From an uncultured Candidatus Saccharibacteria bacterium (GTDB lineage Bacteria > Patescibacteriota > Saccharimonadia > Saccharimonadales > CAYVSP01): DNA of 41,481 bases. A program made the translations under genes and the position numbers. The DNA is taken from the NCBI GenBank assembly GCA_964625325.1, contig CAZVBA010000001.1, positions 1 through 41,481 on the forward strand, written 5' to 3'. The notes under the pieces were generated by a model. The model did not search any database. It was not told the origin of the DNA and worked only from the letters and a program-made list of their open reading frames with translations. Each line of letters starts with the position of its first letter. Position 1 is the first letter of the stretch. This document shows positions 25,377 to 33,726 of this stretch, piece by piece.

Positions 25377-25714
25377 TATCGTTGGTAGCGTTGATTGGCT
25401 TCCAGGATGGCAACGCGGCGCACTAGTTGCACCAGCTCCCTTTCGTCGGCCAGCGATTTGGTGTAGAGGTTAATGCAGACAAAAATGAAGGCCAGCACCA
25501 AAAAGTACAACAGCAGGTCAGCACCGCGGGTAACACCAACCCAGTGAGCCACCCGGTTGGACGAATCCGGAAACAGAATAAAGCCGACCGCTATCACGGT
25601 GAACAGTAGGCCCAAAATCTTTTTCCAAGCTTTGACCTTGTGGCTGGAGCTCGACAGAAAGCGTATCAGAGCTGCTAAGAAACCGACGATTAGAACCAGT
25701 TGAATCCACAACAT
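25376..25714 (-). CDS. Small membrane protein, DUF2304-like (GacJ-like partner of GT2)
   Basis: 112 aa with 3-4 TM helices, a GVTRGADLLLYFLVL motif and a C-terminal amphipathic ELVQLVRRVAILE. It lies 2 nt downstream of a ~230-aa GT2. The family call is from memory of the motif. Confidence 0.55.
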   Translation of the reverse strand: MLWIQLVLIVGFLAALIRFLSSSSHKVKAWKKILGLLFTVIAVGFILFPDSSNRVAHWVGVTRGADLLLYFLVLAFIFVCINLYTKSLADERELVQLVRRVAILEANQRYQR

Positions 25715-25716
25715 AC

Positions 25717-26406
25717 TTACCTCTTCTTGGTGGCCTTATGTAATAACACATCAAAGGCGATATTGATGGCGTTGAGCATCGATTGGCCCTTGGCTTTGGA
25801 GTAATCGGTATAACGCACCGTTACGGGCAGTTCGGCGTACTTGAAGTCCTTTTCGACGATGCGGTGCAAGAGCTCGGAGGCATGGGCAAAACCGGGCATG
25901 GTTAGCTGAATATTTTCGGCCACAAACCGGTTGAAGACGCGCAGGCCGATATGCGGGTCAGTCAATTTCAGCCCGCTGGTGGCGCCCGAAAAAGCGGCCG
26001 CCAGTTTCAAAAAACGGCTCTTAATGACTGAAATGTTTTCGACTTTACCTAAAAAACGCGAACCAAAGACAATATCCAGCTTGTGGCTCTTCAAATAATC
26101 GAGCATTTTGGGGACGTCGTTGATGTCGTGCTGGCCATCAGCGTCAATCGTTATGAAGTATTTGACGGCCGGATTTTGCAGAGCGAACTCAATGCCGGTC
26201 TGCGTCGCCGCACCGGCGCCCAAATTAATGGAGTGTCCGACTAGGTGGGCCTTAGTCTTCAAAACAGCTTCGGCCGATTTGTCGCTACTGCCGTCGTCAA
26301 CACAGACAACATTGGGAAACTTGGCCAGGGTGCTTTTTAAGACAGGTCCGATAACGCTGGCTTCGTTATAGACCGGTATGATGACGAACGTATCCTCGTA
26401 TTTCAT
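25717..26406 (-). CDS. GT2 glycosyltransferase, short soluble type (GacI/GtrB-like polyprenol-phosphate sugar synthase)
   Basis: 229 aa with IIPVYNEA, CVDDGSSDKS and TIDADGQHD. Confidence 0.8.
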   Translation of the reverse strand: MKYEDTFVIIPVYNEASVIGPVLKSTLAKFPNVVCVDDGSSDKSAEAVLKTKAHLVGHSINLGAGAATQTGIEFALQNPAVKYFITIDADGQHDINDVPKMLDYLKSHKLDIVFGSRFLGKVENISVIKSRFLKLAAAFSGATSGLKLTDPHIGLRVFNRFVAENIQLTMPGFAHASELLHRIVEKDFKYAELPVTVRYTDYSKAKGQSMLNAINIAFDVLLHKATKKR

Positions 26407-26417
26407 GCGCTGGTTTT

Positions 26418-26423
26418 ATTATA
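26418..26423 (-). promoter_or_regulatory. Candidate internal promoter (-10) for the GT2/DUF2304/GtrA sub-operon
   Basis: The minus strand reads TATAAT (preceded by TG), then 11 nt, then the ATG at 26406. It lies in the only gap (44 nt) of the 7-gene minus-strand cluster. Confidence 0.35.
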
Positions 26424-26450
26424 CAGTTGTCGGAGGTTAACCGATAGGTG

Positions 26451-27599
26451 TTAGACAACCTGGTGATACAGCTCGGCCAAGACGTGGGCCATTTTGGGCC
26501 AGCTGACTTTGGTGGCGTAAGCCCGCGCCAGTTTAACCTGTTTGTCGGCGTTAATCCGCTCCAGTTCGCGGGCCAGCTCATAGTAGGCGTAGGTGCCGCA
26601 GAGCACCACGGCGCCGTTTGACTGAGCTGATAATTCTTTAAAGGCGGCCGTCGGGTAGGCAATCACCGGTTTAGCGTTGGCCAAAGCTAAATTAATTGAG
26701 CCCGATGACAGATGGGCGTAGTACTTGCCGTCGTACGGAAAGACACAGGCGTCACACTCTTGAATATAAGCGTTCATCAACGAATCGTCTTTGACAAAAC
26801 CAGTGATATAAACCCGGTCGTTGAGACCCAGCTGGTCAATTAAATCACAGGCCCGGTTGTAGAGATGAACGTCTTCACTGAGGGCGTGCACGCCACCGAT
26901 AATCGCCAGCTTGTAGTTGTCCGGCAAAAAGTTGAGAGCCTTGATGGCGTCATAAACGCCTTTGTAGCGGTGCATCATGCCGACTAAACAGTAAATCACG
27001 TCGCTGGCTTTTTTATTTAGCCGCTCGCTAATGAATTTTGAAGGTGCCGGTTGGTCGATTTTGGGCACCGGGTGCGGAATTTTGACGATACGCTCGTCAC
27101 GGGCGCCAAATTGTTTGAGGGCGTCGGCGGTGACGGTGTTGTGGACAATCAAGCGATCGGCCAGCAGCATCGGCACGATATGACGCTGGACCATACGGCG
27201 GCGATGGCGCCAGCGACGCAAGTAGACCATCCAGCTGCGCGGCCCCAGTCCACCCAACTTGACCGGTCTGATGGCAAAGCCCGGCGACAGATGGACGGTG
27301 ATAATAATCTTTTTATGGGTGGCGCGAGCGGCCAGCACGACGTCTCTGAATTCTTCGTCGTGGTAGAGACCGAATTCGTGTTGGATATGGACAATGTCGT
27401 AGCCGTGCAGCTCTTCCTGCAGCCGCTCCAGCGTTTTAGCTCGTTCGGGCGGCGATAGAAAACGTAAGTTGAGTGGTGAAACGTCGAAAAATTTATTTTC
27501 GACAGTGTCGAGATCAGCCATGCCGGCCAGATATTGTTCTTGATACTTAGCAATACCGTCGTCTTCGTCATGGGGGCTGATGTGCAAAATTCTGATCAT
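26451..27599 (-). CDS. Glycosyltransferase, GT4-like (GT-B fold)
   Basis: I take the start at ATG 27599 (MIRILHISPH), which forms an ATGA overlap with the upstream stop and has GGAG 9 nt upstream. The track's 44 extra codons run inside the upstream gene. The C-terminal half is Glycos_transf_1-like (YKLAIIGG, RVYITGFV). Confidence 0.75.
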   Translation of the reverse strand: MIRILHISPHDEDDGIAKYQEQYLAGMADLDTVENKFFDVSPLNLRFLSPPERAKTLERLQEELHGYDIVHIQHEFGLYHDEEFRDVVLAARATHKKIIITVHLSPGFAIRPVKLGGLGPRSWMVYLRRWRHRRRMVQRHIVPMLLADRLIVHNTVTADALKQFGARDERIVKIPHPVPKIDQPAPSKFISERLNKKASDVIYCLVGMMHRYKGVYDAIKALNFLPDNYKLAIIGGVHALSEDVHLYNRACDLIDQLGLNDRVYITGFVKDDSLMNAYIQECDACVFPYDGKYYAHLSSGSINLALANAKPVIAYPTAAFKELSAQSNGAVVLCGTYAYYELARELERINADKQVKLARAYATKVSWPKMAHVLAELYHQVV

Positions 27600-28876
27600 A
27601 CGGTTTGCTCCAAATAGCTTTTTACTTGTTGATAGGTCTGGTCCCACGAAGTTGGCTGGTATTGCTTGGTGCGGTCGCGGGCGGTCGCTAAGGCTTTCGG
27701 ATCGAGCCAGCGCTCGATGGCGCTCAAGCATTCGTCGCTGGAAGCCGGCGAGAAATGTTCGACAATACCCTCGGCAATTTCGACCATGCTACTGGTATTG
27801 CTACATAAACACGGTACCCCACGGGCCACACTCTCGGCAATAGGAATTCCCCAGCCTTCATAAAAACTGGGGAAAATAGTAAACAGGCAATTGTCATACA
27901 GCCAGGCCAGTTCCTCGTCATCGGTACTGGTCAGTAGCAAGATGTCCTTATTAACGCCGGGGTCCTTTTGGATAAGTTCAATCAGGCCTTCGGTTTGCCA
28001 GCCCGGGCGGCCAACAATGACCAGCTTGGGCAGTTTGATACCGCGCTGGGCCGCCAGTTTATAGGTGTAGTAAAGCAGCTGATGGTTCTTTTTAATCTCA
28101 ATCGTGCCAACGCAGAGGATAAAATCAGCGCCCTTTAGACCGCTGTGCTCAAAAGTCGGGTCGGCCGGTGGACGGCTGGACGTTACAGTAAAATCATCGC
28201 CTTCGCGAAAAACCTCAATCTTAGGTACGGCCAGCTTGTTTTGCTTGAGCCAAGTCCCCAGGTCCCGCTTAGTGTTTTGGGAGACCGCCAAGACCAGGTC
28301 GGCAATTGGCACAATGCGGCGGCAGTAGTCGCTCAAACTGTCCGTTGAGTGGCCGGAAAATTGCGGTTGAACCATCGGGCCGACGTCGTGAATAACTGGG
28401 GCCAAACGGGCGCCGGCTGCCTGGGCGGCCTGCAGTTTTTTAATAAAGTTTTCGTCCCACCACTCGCCCCAAGGTATAAAAATCGTATCGCCTGGCTCTG
28501 GCAGCAATGGTTCAAGCTGGGCCAAACGGGCGGCCCGCAGTTTAGTCTCCAGTTTTTGGGCCAGCTTCGGGCTCAGCCGGGCACCCCGGCGCAGGACGCC
28601 TTTCCCTAGTCTAGTAACGGTTTGTTTGGCTTCAGCAGCCTGACCGGCTTTGCCCTTGGGCGTCTCACCGGCTTTTAGGTAAACCACGCTGTTACCCAGC
28701 GAAGCCGTCAAATCAACCGCGCAATAAGCCTCAATCTCCTTGACCCAACTGACGAATATTACCGGCGAGTTATCACCATTAAAGCGCACCGCCAGCTCTT
28801 TCATGACTCTAGGAATGCCAGTTAATTTACCCTGCCAATGCACCAGCTGGGTGACGTCGTAAACCACTCGCTTCAT
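27596..28876 (-). CDS. Glycosyltransferase, GT4 family
   Basis: 426 aa with FILCVGTIEIKKN and FPSFYEGWGIPIAESVARGVPCLCSNTSS. There is a 4-nt overlap with the wzt stop. Confidence 0.85.
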   Translation of the reverse strand: MKRVVYDVTQLVHWQGKLTGIPRVMKELAVRFNGDNSPVIFVSWVKEIEAYCAVDLTASLGNSVVYLKAGETPKGKAGQAAEAKQTVTRLGKGVLRRGARLSPKLAQKLETKLRAARLAQLEPLLPEPGDTIFIPWGEWWDENFIKKLQAAQAAGARLAPVIHDVGPMVQPQFSGHSTDSLSDYCRRIVPIADLVLAVSQNTKRDLGTWLKQNKLAVPKIEVFREGDDFTVTSSRPPADPTFEHSGLKGADFILCVGTIEIKKNHQLLYYTYKLAAQRGIKLPKLVIVGRPGWQTEGLIELIQKDPGVNKDILLLTSTDDEELAWLYDNCLFTIFPSFYEGWGIPIAESVARGVPCLCSNTSSMVEIAEGIVEHFSPASSDECLSAIERWLDPKALATARDRTKQYQPTSWDQTYQQVKSYLEQTV

Positions 28877-30093
28877 GTTTGAGTGCCTGATTTACCACTC
28901 AGCGTAAACTTAATGTCTGGCATGGTTACATAGGCCGTTTTCTCTTCTTTAAAGACCGTGAAGTCGGCGGCTTCTTCCCACCAGTCAAAGTTATTGCCGT
29001 CGCGGTCGTGGGCAGCCACGTCGATGAAGTAGAAGCCGTCGTTAAAAATATTCGGCACTTCCCACTCAAATGTCAGCTCTTGGCCTTGCTTGAGCGACGG
29101 CACTGTCTGACGCAGGATCTGCGTGTTGACACCGGCCATCTGGGTATCGCCCTGGTTCTTGACGGAAAAGCCTAAGACTAGGTCTTCAGTGTCCCGATTA
29201 GCCTTGATAGTACAGGTGATATGGACGGGTTCCATGTCGTGGAAATCTGGTTTGTGGGGTTTGACTGATATAAATTCAACTTGTTTATTGCCAATCCGTT
29301 TCTGGTGTGTGTCGGTCGCCTGCTGATCGCTGGCGCTTTCCATAAACATACGCGTATACGCTGTCGCTACCTTATTGACCTTGCCCTCCAGAACAATCCG
29401 GCTTTTTTCTATCAAGATGGCCCGGTCGCAAAAGTTGCGGACGGCACTCATGTCATGACTGACAAAGACAACTGTCTTGTGGTCCTTTTTAAGTTTGCGG
29501 AAGTGGTTGTAGCACTTGCGCTGAAAGTCAGCGTCGCCGACGGCTAGAACTTCATCGACTAGCAAAATATCAGCTTCCGCCCGAATAGCTAGCGAGAAGG
29601 CTAATCTAACCTGCATACCCGAGGAATAGTTTTTGAGCTTCTGGTCCATGAACTTTTCCAGCTCGGCGAACGATACAATATCATTGTACTTCTGGTCTAT
29701 CTCCGAGCGACTAAAGCCCAGCAAGGCACCGTTGAGGTAGACGTTTTCCCGTCCGGTCAGCTCGCCATTGAAGCCAACACCCAGCTCAATGAACGGTACC
29801 AGTCGACCTTTAACTTTAATGTGGCCTTTCGTAGGCTGGTAAATACCGGCCAGCATTTTAAGTAGCGTGCTCTTACCGCTGCCGTTACGGCCGACGATGC
29901 CCAGGAACTCGCCTTGCTTGATATCGATATTAATATCGTGCAGGGCATGCTGGACCTCAAACAGACGACGTTTGCGGACAAAGCTGATGAGGTGTACGAA
30001 GGCACTTTTAAGCGTGCTGACTTTTTCATGCGGCAGCTTGAAATTTTTCGATACGTTTTCGACGGCAATGACGGTTTCAGCGGTTTCCATCAA
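28873..30093 (-). CDS. wzt: Polysaccharide/teichoic-acid ABC exporter ATPase with extra C-terminal (Wzt_C-like glycan-binding) domain
   Basis: 406 aa with Walker A GRNGSGKST, signature YSSGMQVRLAF and Walker B ILLVDEVLAVGD. About 150 extra residues (from ~255) form a predicted beta-rich domain. There is a 4-nt overlap with the permease gene. Confidence 0.85.
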   Translation of the reverse strand: MMETAETVIAVENVSKNFKLPHEKVSTLKSAFVHLISFVRKRRLFEVQHALHDINIDIKQGEFLGIVGRNGSGKSTLLKMLAGIYQPTKGHIKVKGRLVPFIELGVGFNGELTGRENVYLNGALLGFSRSEIDQKYNDIVSFAELEKFMDQKLKNYSSGMQVRLAFSLAIRAEADILLVDEVLAVGDADFQRKCYNHFRKLKKDHKTVVFVSHDMSAVRNFCDRAILIEKSRIVLEGKVNKVATAYTRMFMESASDQQATDTHQKRIGNKQVEFISVKPHKPDFHDMEPVHITCTIKANRDTEDLVLGFSVKNQGDTQMAGVNTQILRQTVPSLKQGQELTFEWEVPNIFNDGFYFIDVAAHDRDGNNFDWWEEAADFTVFKEEKTAYVTMPDIKFTLSGKSGTQT

Positions 30094-30905
30094 ACCTCCT
30101 CGGCAAAATGTTTAGCGCGGCTCCGGAAGTAGGTGATGCCAACTACAGTGGTCGTGGCCACAACAAGCAGCGGTACGGCCCAGACCCAGTTATTGCCATA
30201 GACTTGATGAATGGTTGCCGAATAGGGTGTTATCACCAGGTGCCGGGCATCCTGGATAATCTGGGCCATCGGGTTGAGTAACAGCAGCTTTTTAAACCTA
30301 AGCTGATGAATTTGACTCAACGGATAGAGTATAGGCGTGCCGTAAAAGCCGGCCTGCATGGCCACTTCCCAGATATATGAGACGTCGCGGAAGCGCACGA
30401 AAAAAGCTCCTAAGAAAAAAGCAATGCCGATCGCAAAAATAAACAGTTCGGCGATTAGGGGCAGCAGCATGAAGTCATTCCAGCCGAAAGCGACGTGTCC
30501 GAATACCATGAAAATAGCTACCACTACAAAGTTCAAAATAAGGTTGATGAAAGCCGAGGCGGCTACCGCTAGAATCACCACGTAGCGCGGGAAGTTGATT
30601 TTGCGTAACAGATCACCTTTGCCAACAATAGCGCCAACACCACCGTTAGTAACCTCGGTAAAAAAGTTCCACAAGACAATACCTAGCAGTAAATATTGCG
30701 GATAGTGGGGCACGCCCTTGCCGACCGGTAGGAAGACTGTGAATACCAGATACAAAATCAGAAACAGCAACAGCGGGCGCAACAGAGACCACAGATAACC
30801 GAGGATTGAATTTTGGTAGCGCAGCTTAAAGTCAGTCTTAACCAGCTGCTTCAATAAAATAATTGAATAGCGATAGCGTGCTTTCAATGTGCTGACCAGT
30901 GTCAT
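30090..30905 (-). CDS. wzm: ABC-2 type polysaccharide/teichoic-acid exporter permease
   Basis: 271 aa with 6 TM segments and an N-terminal basic amphipathic segment (LVKTDFKLRYQNSILGYLWSLLRP), typical of Wzm/TagG/KpsM permeases. Confidence 0.85.
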   Translation of the reverse strand: MTLVSTLKARYRYSIILLKQLVKTDFKLRYQNSILGYLWSLLRPLLLFLILYLVFTVFLPVGKGVPHYPQYLLLGIVLWNFFTEVTNGGVGAIVGKGDLLRKINFPRYVVILAVAASAFINLILNFVVVAIFMVFGHVAFGWNDFMLLPLIAELFIFAIGIAFFLGAFFVRFRDVSYIWEVAMQAGFYGTPILYPLSQIHQLRFKKLLLLNPMAQIIQDARHLVITPYSATIHQVYGNNWVWAVPLLVVATTTVVGITYFRSRAKHFAEEV

Positions 30906-30914
30906 TTAGGGTGA

Positions 30915-30923
30915 ATTATAGCA
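30915..30923 (-). promoter_or_regulatory. Consensus extended -10 promoter, leaderless head of the wzm-wzt-GT4-GT4 operon
   Basis: The minus strand reads TGCTATAAT (perfect TGnTATAAT), then 9 nt (tcaccctaa, no SD), then the ATG at 30905. Confidence 0.5.
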
Positions 30924-31002
30924 AAATAACAGTTTTCCGAGAAGTGAACCAATGGGTTATAGTCTTATAGTGAACGGCGTTGTCGCGCCGTTATAGCCAA
31001 TC

Positions 31003-32130
31003 ATGAAAATTCATATTGAAGCCTCGTCATTTTACGGCAAGCGTTCTGGCGTCGGCCGCTACGGCCTTTCGATTACCCAGGCGTTGGTCAGTTTGCGCCG
31101 CCAAGACCGCTTTGTCTTGTTTAACTTCTTGCGGCCGGGCCGACGGCTGGACCCGGATTTTGAGTTAGCGCCAAACGTCAGCCGTCATTTTATTCGCTGG
31201 TTTCCAGGCCGAGCCTTTAGCCTGCTGATGCGTAGTGGCATTGCTCTGCCGCTGGAGTTGTTTGGCCTGGAACGGGCCAAGGTGATTTTGTTCCCTAACT
31301 TTGTCAGTTGGTCATCCTTGCTGGGCAAAAAGCGCATCGCCGTCATTCACGACATCGGCTTTGCTCACCAACCCGAATTTACTCAAGCCAAGAATCTGGC
31401 CTACCTGCGTCGGCAGTTGCCTAAATCCCTACGCCGCTCGGCAGCCGTGGTAGCCGTGTCTGAATTCACCAAGCAGGATTTAATCCAAACTTACGGCGTG
31501 GCGGCTGACAAAATCAGCGTCATACATAATGCCATTGACCCGCGGATATTTAACGTCCAAGCGATTGAGCGGACGCCAGCGGCACTCAAAAAGTATGGCC
31601 TGCCAGGCGAGTATCTTTTATTCGTCGGTACCATTGAACCGCGCAAAAACATCGTCGGCCTGTTGGACGCCTACGCGCAGAGCTTTGAAGCGCATCGTTT
31701 GCCACTGGTACTGGTCGGTAACAAGGGCTGGAACGACGAGTCGATTGAGCAAAAATTCGCCGACCTAGCCAAGCTGCCGATTCAGCGACTGGGTTTTGTC
31801 GAGGACGACGATTTAGCCGCCCTCTACACTGGCGCCCGGGCTTTTATCTATCCCAGCTTTTTTGAAGGCTTCGGCATACCGCCGCTGGAAGCCATGGCCA
31901 GCGGCTGCCCGGTGATTTGCAGCAATACCACTTCGCTGCCGGAAATTGTCGGCGACGCCGCCCTGCCGGTTGACCCCAACGACATCGGCGCCATCGCCGC
32001 CGCCATTAACAAACTGCTGGCCGACAAATCATTGCAAGCCGATTTGAAACAGCGCGGCTTGGCCCAAGCCCAAAAGTTCAGCTGGCAAAAGAGCGCTCAA
32101 CAACTGTCTGAACTGATTGATTCGCTTTAA
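31003..32130 (+). CDS. Glycosyltransferase, GT4 family (mannosyltransferase-like)
   Basis: 375 aa with YLLFVGTIEPRKN and YPSFFEGFGIPPLEAMASGCPVICSNTTSLPE. Its stop shares the palindrome TTAA with the convergent gene's stop. Confidence 0.85.
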   Translation: MKIHIEASSFYGKRSGVGRYGLSITQALVSLRRQDRFVLFNFLRPGRRLDPDFELAPNVSRHFIRWFPGRAFSLLMRSGIALPLELFGLERAKVILFPNFVSWSSLLGKKRIAVIHDIGFAHQPEFTQAKNLAYLRRQLPKSLRRSAAVVAVSEFTKQDLIQTYGVAADKISVIHNAIDPRIFNVQAIERTPAALKKYGLPGEYLLFVGTIEPRKNIVGLLDAYAQSFEAHRLPLVLVGNKGWNDESIEQKFADLAKLPIQRLGFVEDDDLAALYTGARAFIYPSFFEGFGIPPLEAMASGCPVICSNTTSLPEIVGDAALPVDPNDIGAIAAAINKLLADKSLQADLKQRGLAQAQKFSWQKSAQQLSELIDSL

Positions 32131-33677
32131 GCGCCGATTACGAATTTCTTAAGAAGCCGCTGGGTTGACTGGTTCATTCTTATGATTGCCGCGTTGGGCC
32201 AATACCAAGACGGGTCGCTGCGAATTATGAAAACGGCTGCGCCGCCGCCTTCCAGTAACAGCGCGCTGATAGCAACGGCGGCCAACGCTACTTTGAGCCG
32301 TGGCAATTTATGCAAGGCCTGCGCCCAACCCAAACCAACCAAGAGATAAACAATCGGCAGTACCAGCACTAAGTATCGTGCCTGGATGGCATAGGCCACG
32401 CCCAGATGATGGAAGTCGGCGTAGTTACGGGCCCACAGCATCAGCAGGTAGATCAGACCGGCAAATATCAGCAAGTTGAGCCGGTGCTGCCGCCTGAGGT
32501 TTTTTTGACGCCATAAGAATAAGGCAAGGCCGGCAATGCCGATAACTAGGGAAGTCACCAAGGCGACTGGTAACGGCGGCCTGTAAGTAAATTGGCTGGC
32601 CTCGCCGTTCAGGGCATAAAATAATTGGCGACCTAACAACGGCAGCCAAATGACCGCCGTGTAATAAAAGGGGTCGTGGCGGGTCGGCACCAGCGGTCCG
32701 GGGGCTAATTTACCCTGGATTTTGTCCTGATAGGTCAGGAAGTTGCGGCGGTATGGGCCATAGGCCAGGCAGCGGTTGACGCTTATTACCTGTTCGCAAT
32801 TAGGCAGCGGTGTTTGGTGGCGAATGATGTTGACGCCGTAGCGTTCGGTTGCCAAGCCACCGAGCAGTATGAGTACAACCGCCAGGAGCAATTTGCTGAC
32901 GAGTCGGCTTTTTTTAAACCAGTTGTTGACCTGCCCGCTAAATTGCCGCCAGCCGATTTGACGGCCAAACTTTAAAACAGCCACAGCCATCCAGATGCCA
33001 ACGGCCGCAAAGATCGGCACGAAAGCATATTTAACCAGGCTGGCAAATAGGCCGACTATAGCCAGCCAGATTAGGTAATCGACCGGGATTTTGCGTTGTT
33101 GCTTGATGGCCGCCAGGCTTTTCAGCGCCAGCAACAGCATGACAGCCAACAGCGGGAAAACGGCGTTGTCATAGTTAATTTGACCGGCCAGGAAAGGTAC
33201 GGTTGGCGTCAGCACAAATACCGCCAGGACACTATGGACCAACGCTCGGGAGGCGCCGGTTCTTAGCAACACTTTCCGGTACAGCGCAATGCCCAGTCCG
33301 AAAAGACCGACATTAGCTAGGCGCAATATAATCACCTGGATCATCTCCGTGTGGACAAAATGGGTCAGCCAACGGTACGGAAAACTCAGCAAGTAGTGGT
33401 ACATATAAGACGGATCGCGCGATACCAGCCCGAACACCGCCGGTCCATCCGGCTGGTGAGACCAAAAAGGCAATAAACGGTGTGAGTACAGGCGAATCAA
33501 ACCCAGATGAAAACTCTCGTCGTAGGCCATCGGGTAACGGCCGGTTATAGCCAACCAGCCGGCTTCCAAGACAAACAGGGCGATCAGGGCGTAGAAAAAG
33601 CGCGACGAGCCCAGCAGCGCCACCGCCCTGGTGCGCCAACTTTTTGCTCCACTAGTTTTATGACTGTCACGACGCAT
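32127..33677 (-). CDS. Polytopic membrane glycosyltransferase, GT-C fold, PMT/ArnT-like
   Basis: 516 aa with an acidic motif AYDESFHLG directly after TM1 (compare the DE motif of protein O-mannosyltransferases and ArnT), followed by ~11 more TM segments. Confidence 0.6.
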   Translation of the reverse strand: MRRDSHKTSGAKSWRTRAVALLGSSRFFYALIALFVLEAGWLAITGRYPMAYDESFHLGLIRLYSHRLLPFWSHQPDGPAVFGLVSRDPSYMYHYLLSFPYRWLTHFVHTEMIQVIILRLANVGLFGLGIALYRKVLLRTGASRALVHSVLAVFVLTPTVPFLAGQINYDNAVFPLLAVMLLLALKSLAAIKQQRKIPVDYLIWLAIVGLFASLVKYAFVPIFAAVGIWMAVAVLKFGRQIGWRQFSGQVNNWFKKSRLVSKLLLAVVLILLGGLATERYGVNIIRHQTPLPNCEQVISVNRCLAYGPYRRNFLTYQDKIQGKLAPGPLVPTRHDPFYYTAVIWLPLLGRQLFYALNGEASQFTYRPPLPVALVTSLVIGIAGLALFLWRQKNLRRQHRLNLLIFAGLIYLLMLWARNYADFHHLGVAYAIQARYLVLVLPIVYLLVGLGWAQALHKLPRLKVALAAVAISALLLEGGGAAVFIIRSDPSWYWPNAAIIRMNQSTQRLLKKFVIGA

Positions 33678-33685
33678 AGGCGCCC

Positions 33686-33691
33686 ATTATA
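33686..33691 (-). promoter_or_regulatory. Candidate -10 element, leaderless head of the PMT-like GT-C gene
   Basis: The minus strand reads TATAAT, then 8 nt, then the ATG at 33677, with no SD. Confidence 0.4.
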
Positions 33692-33726
33692 ACGAATGGT
33701 ACGAACAATTGCCCTAATCTAATTCG

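Noticed and set aside
27600-27731. 44-codon N-terminal extension of the GT4 ORF 26451..27731
   Set aside because: The extension lies inside the upstream GT4 gene. The internal ATG at 27599 gives a typical MIRILHISPH GT4 N-terminus, an ATGA overlap with the upstream stop, and a GGAG 9 nt upstream.
30973-30992. Small hairpin AACGGCG-6 nt-CGCCGTT upstream of the GT4 gene at 31003, plus four TTATAG copies in the 97-nt wzm/GT4 spacer
   Set aside because: A 7-bp stem with no U-tract and no room for a riboswitch aptamer. The TTATAG copies are probably just -10-like sequence in a divergent promoter region, and one of them is part of the wzm TGCTATAAT.
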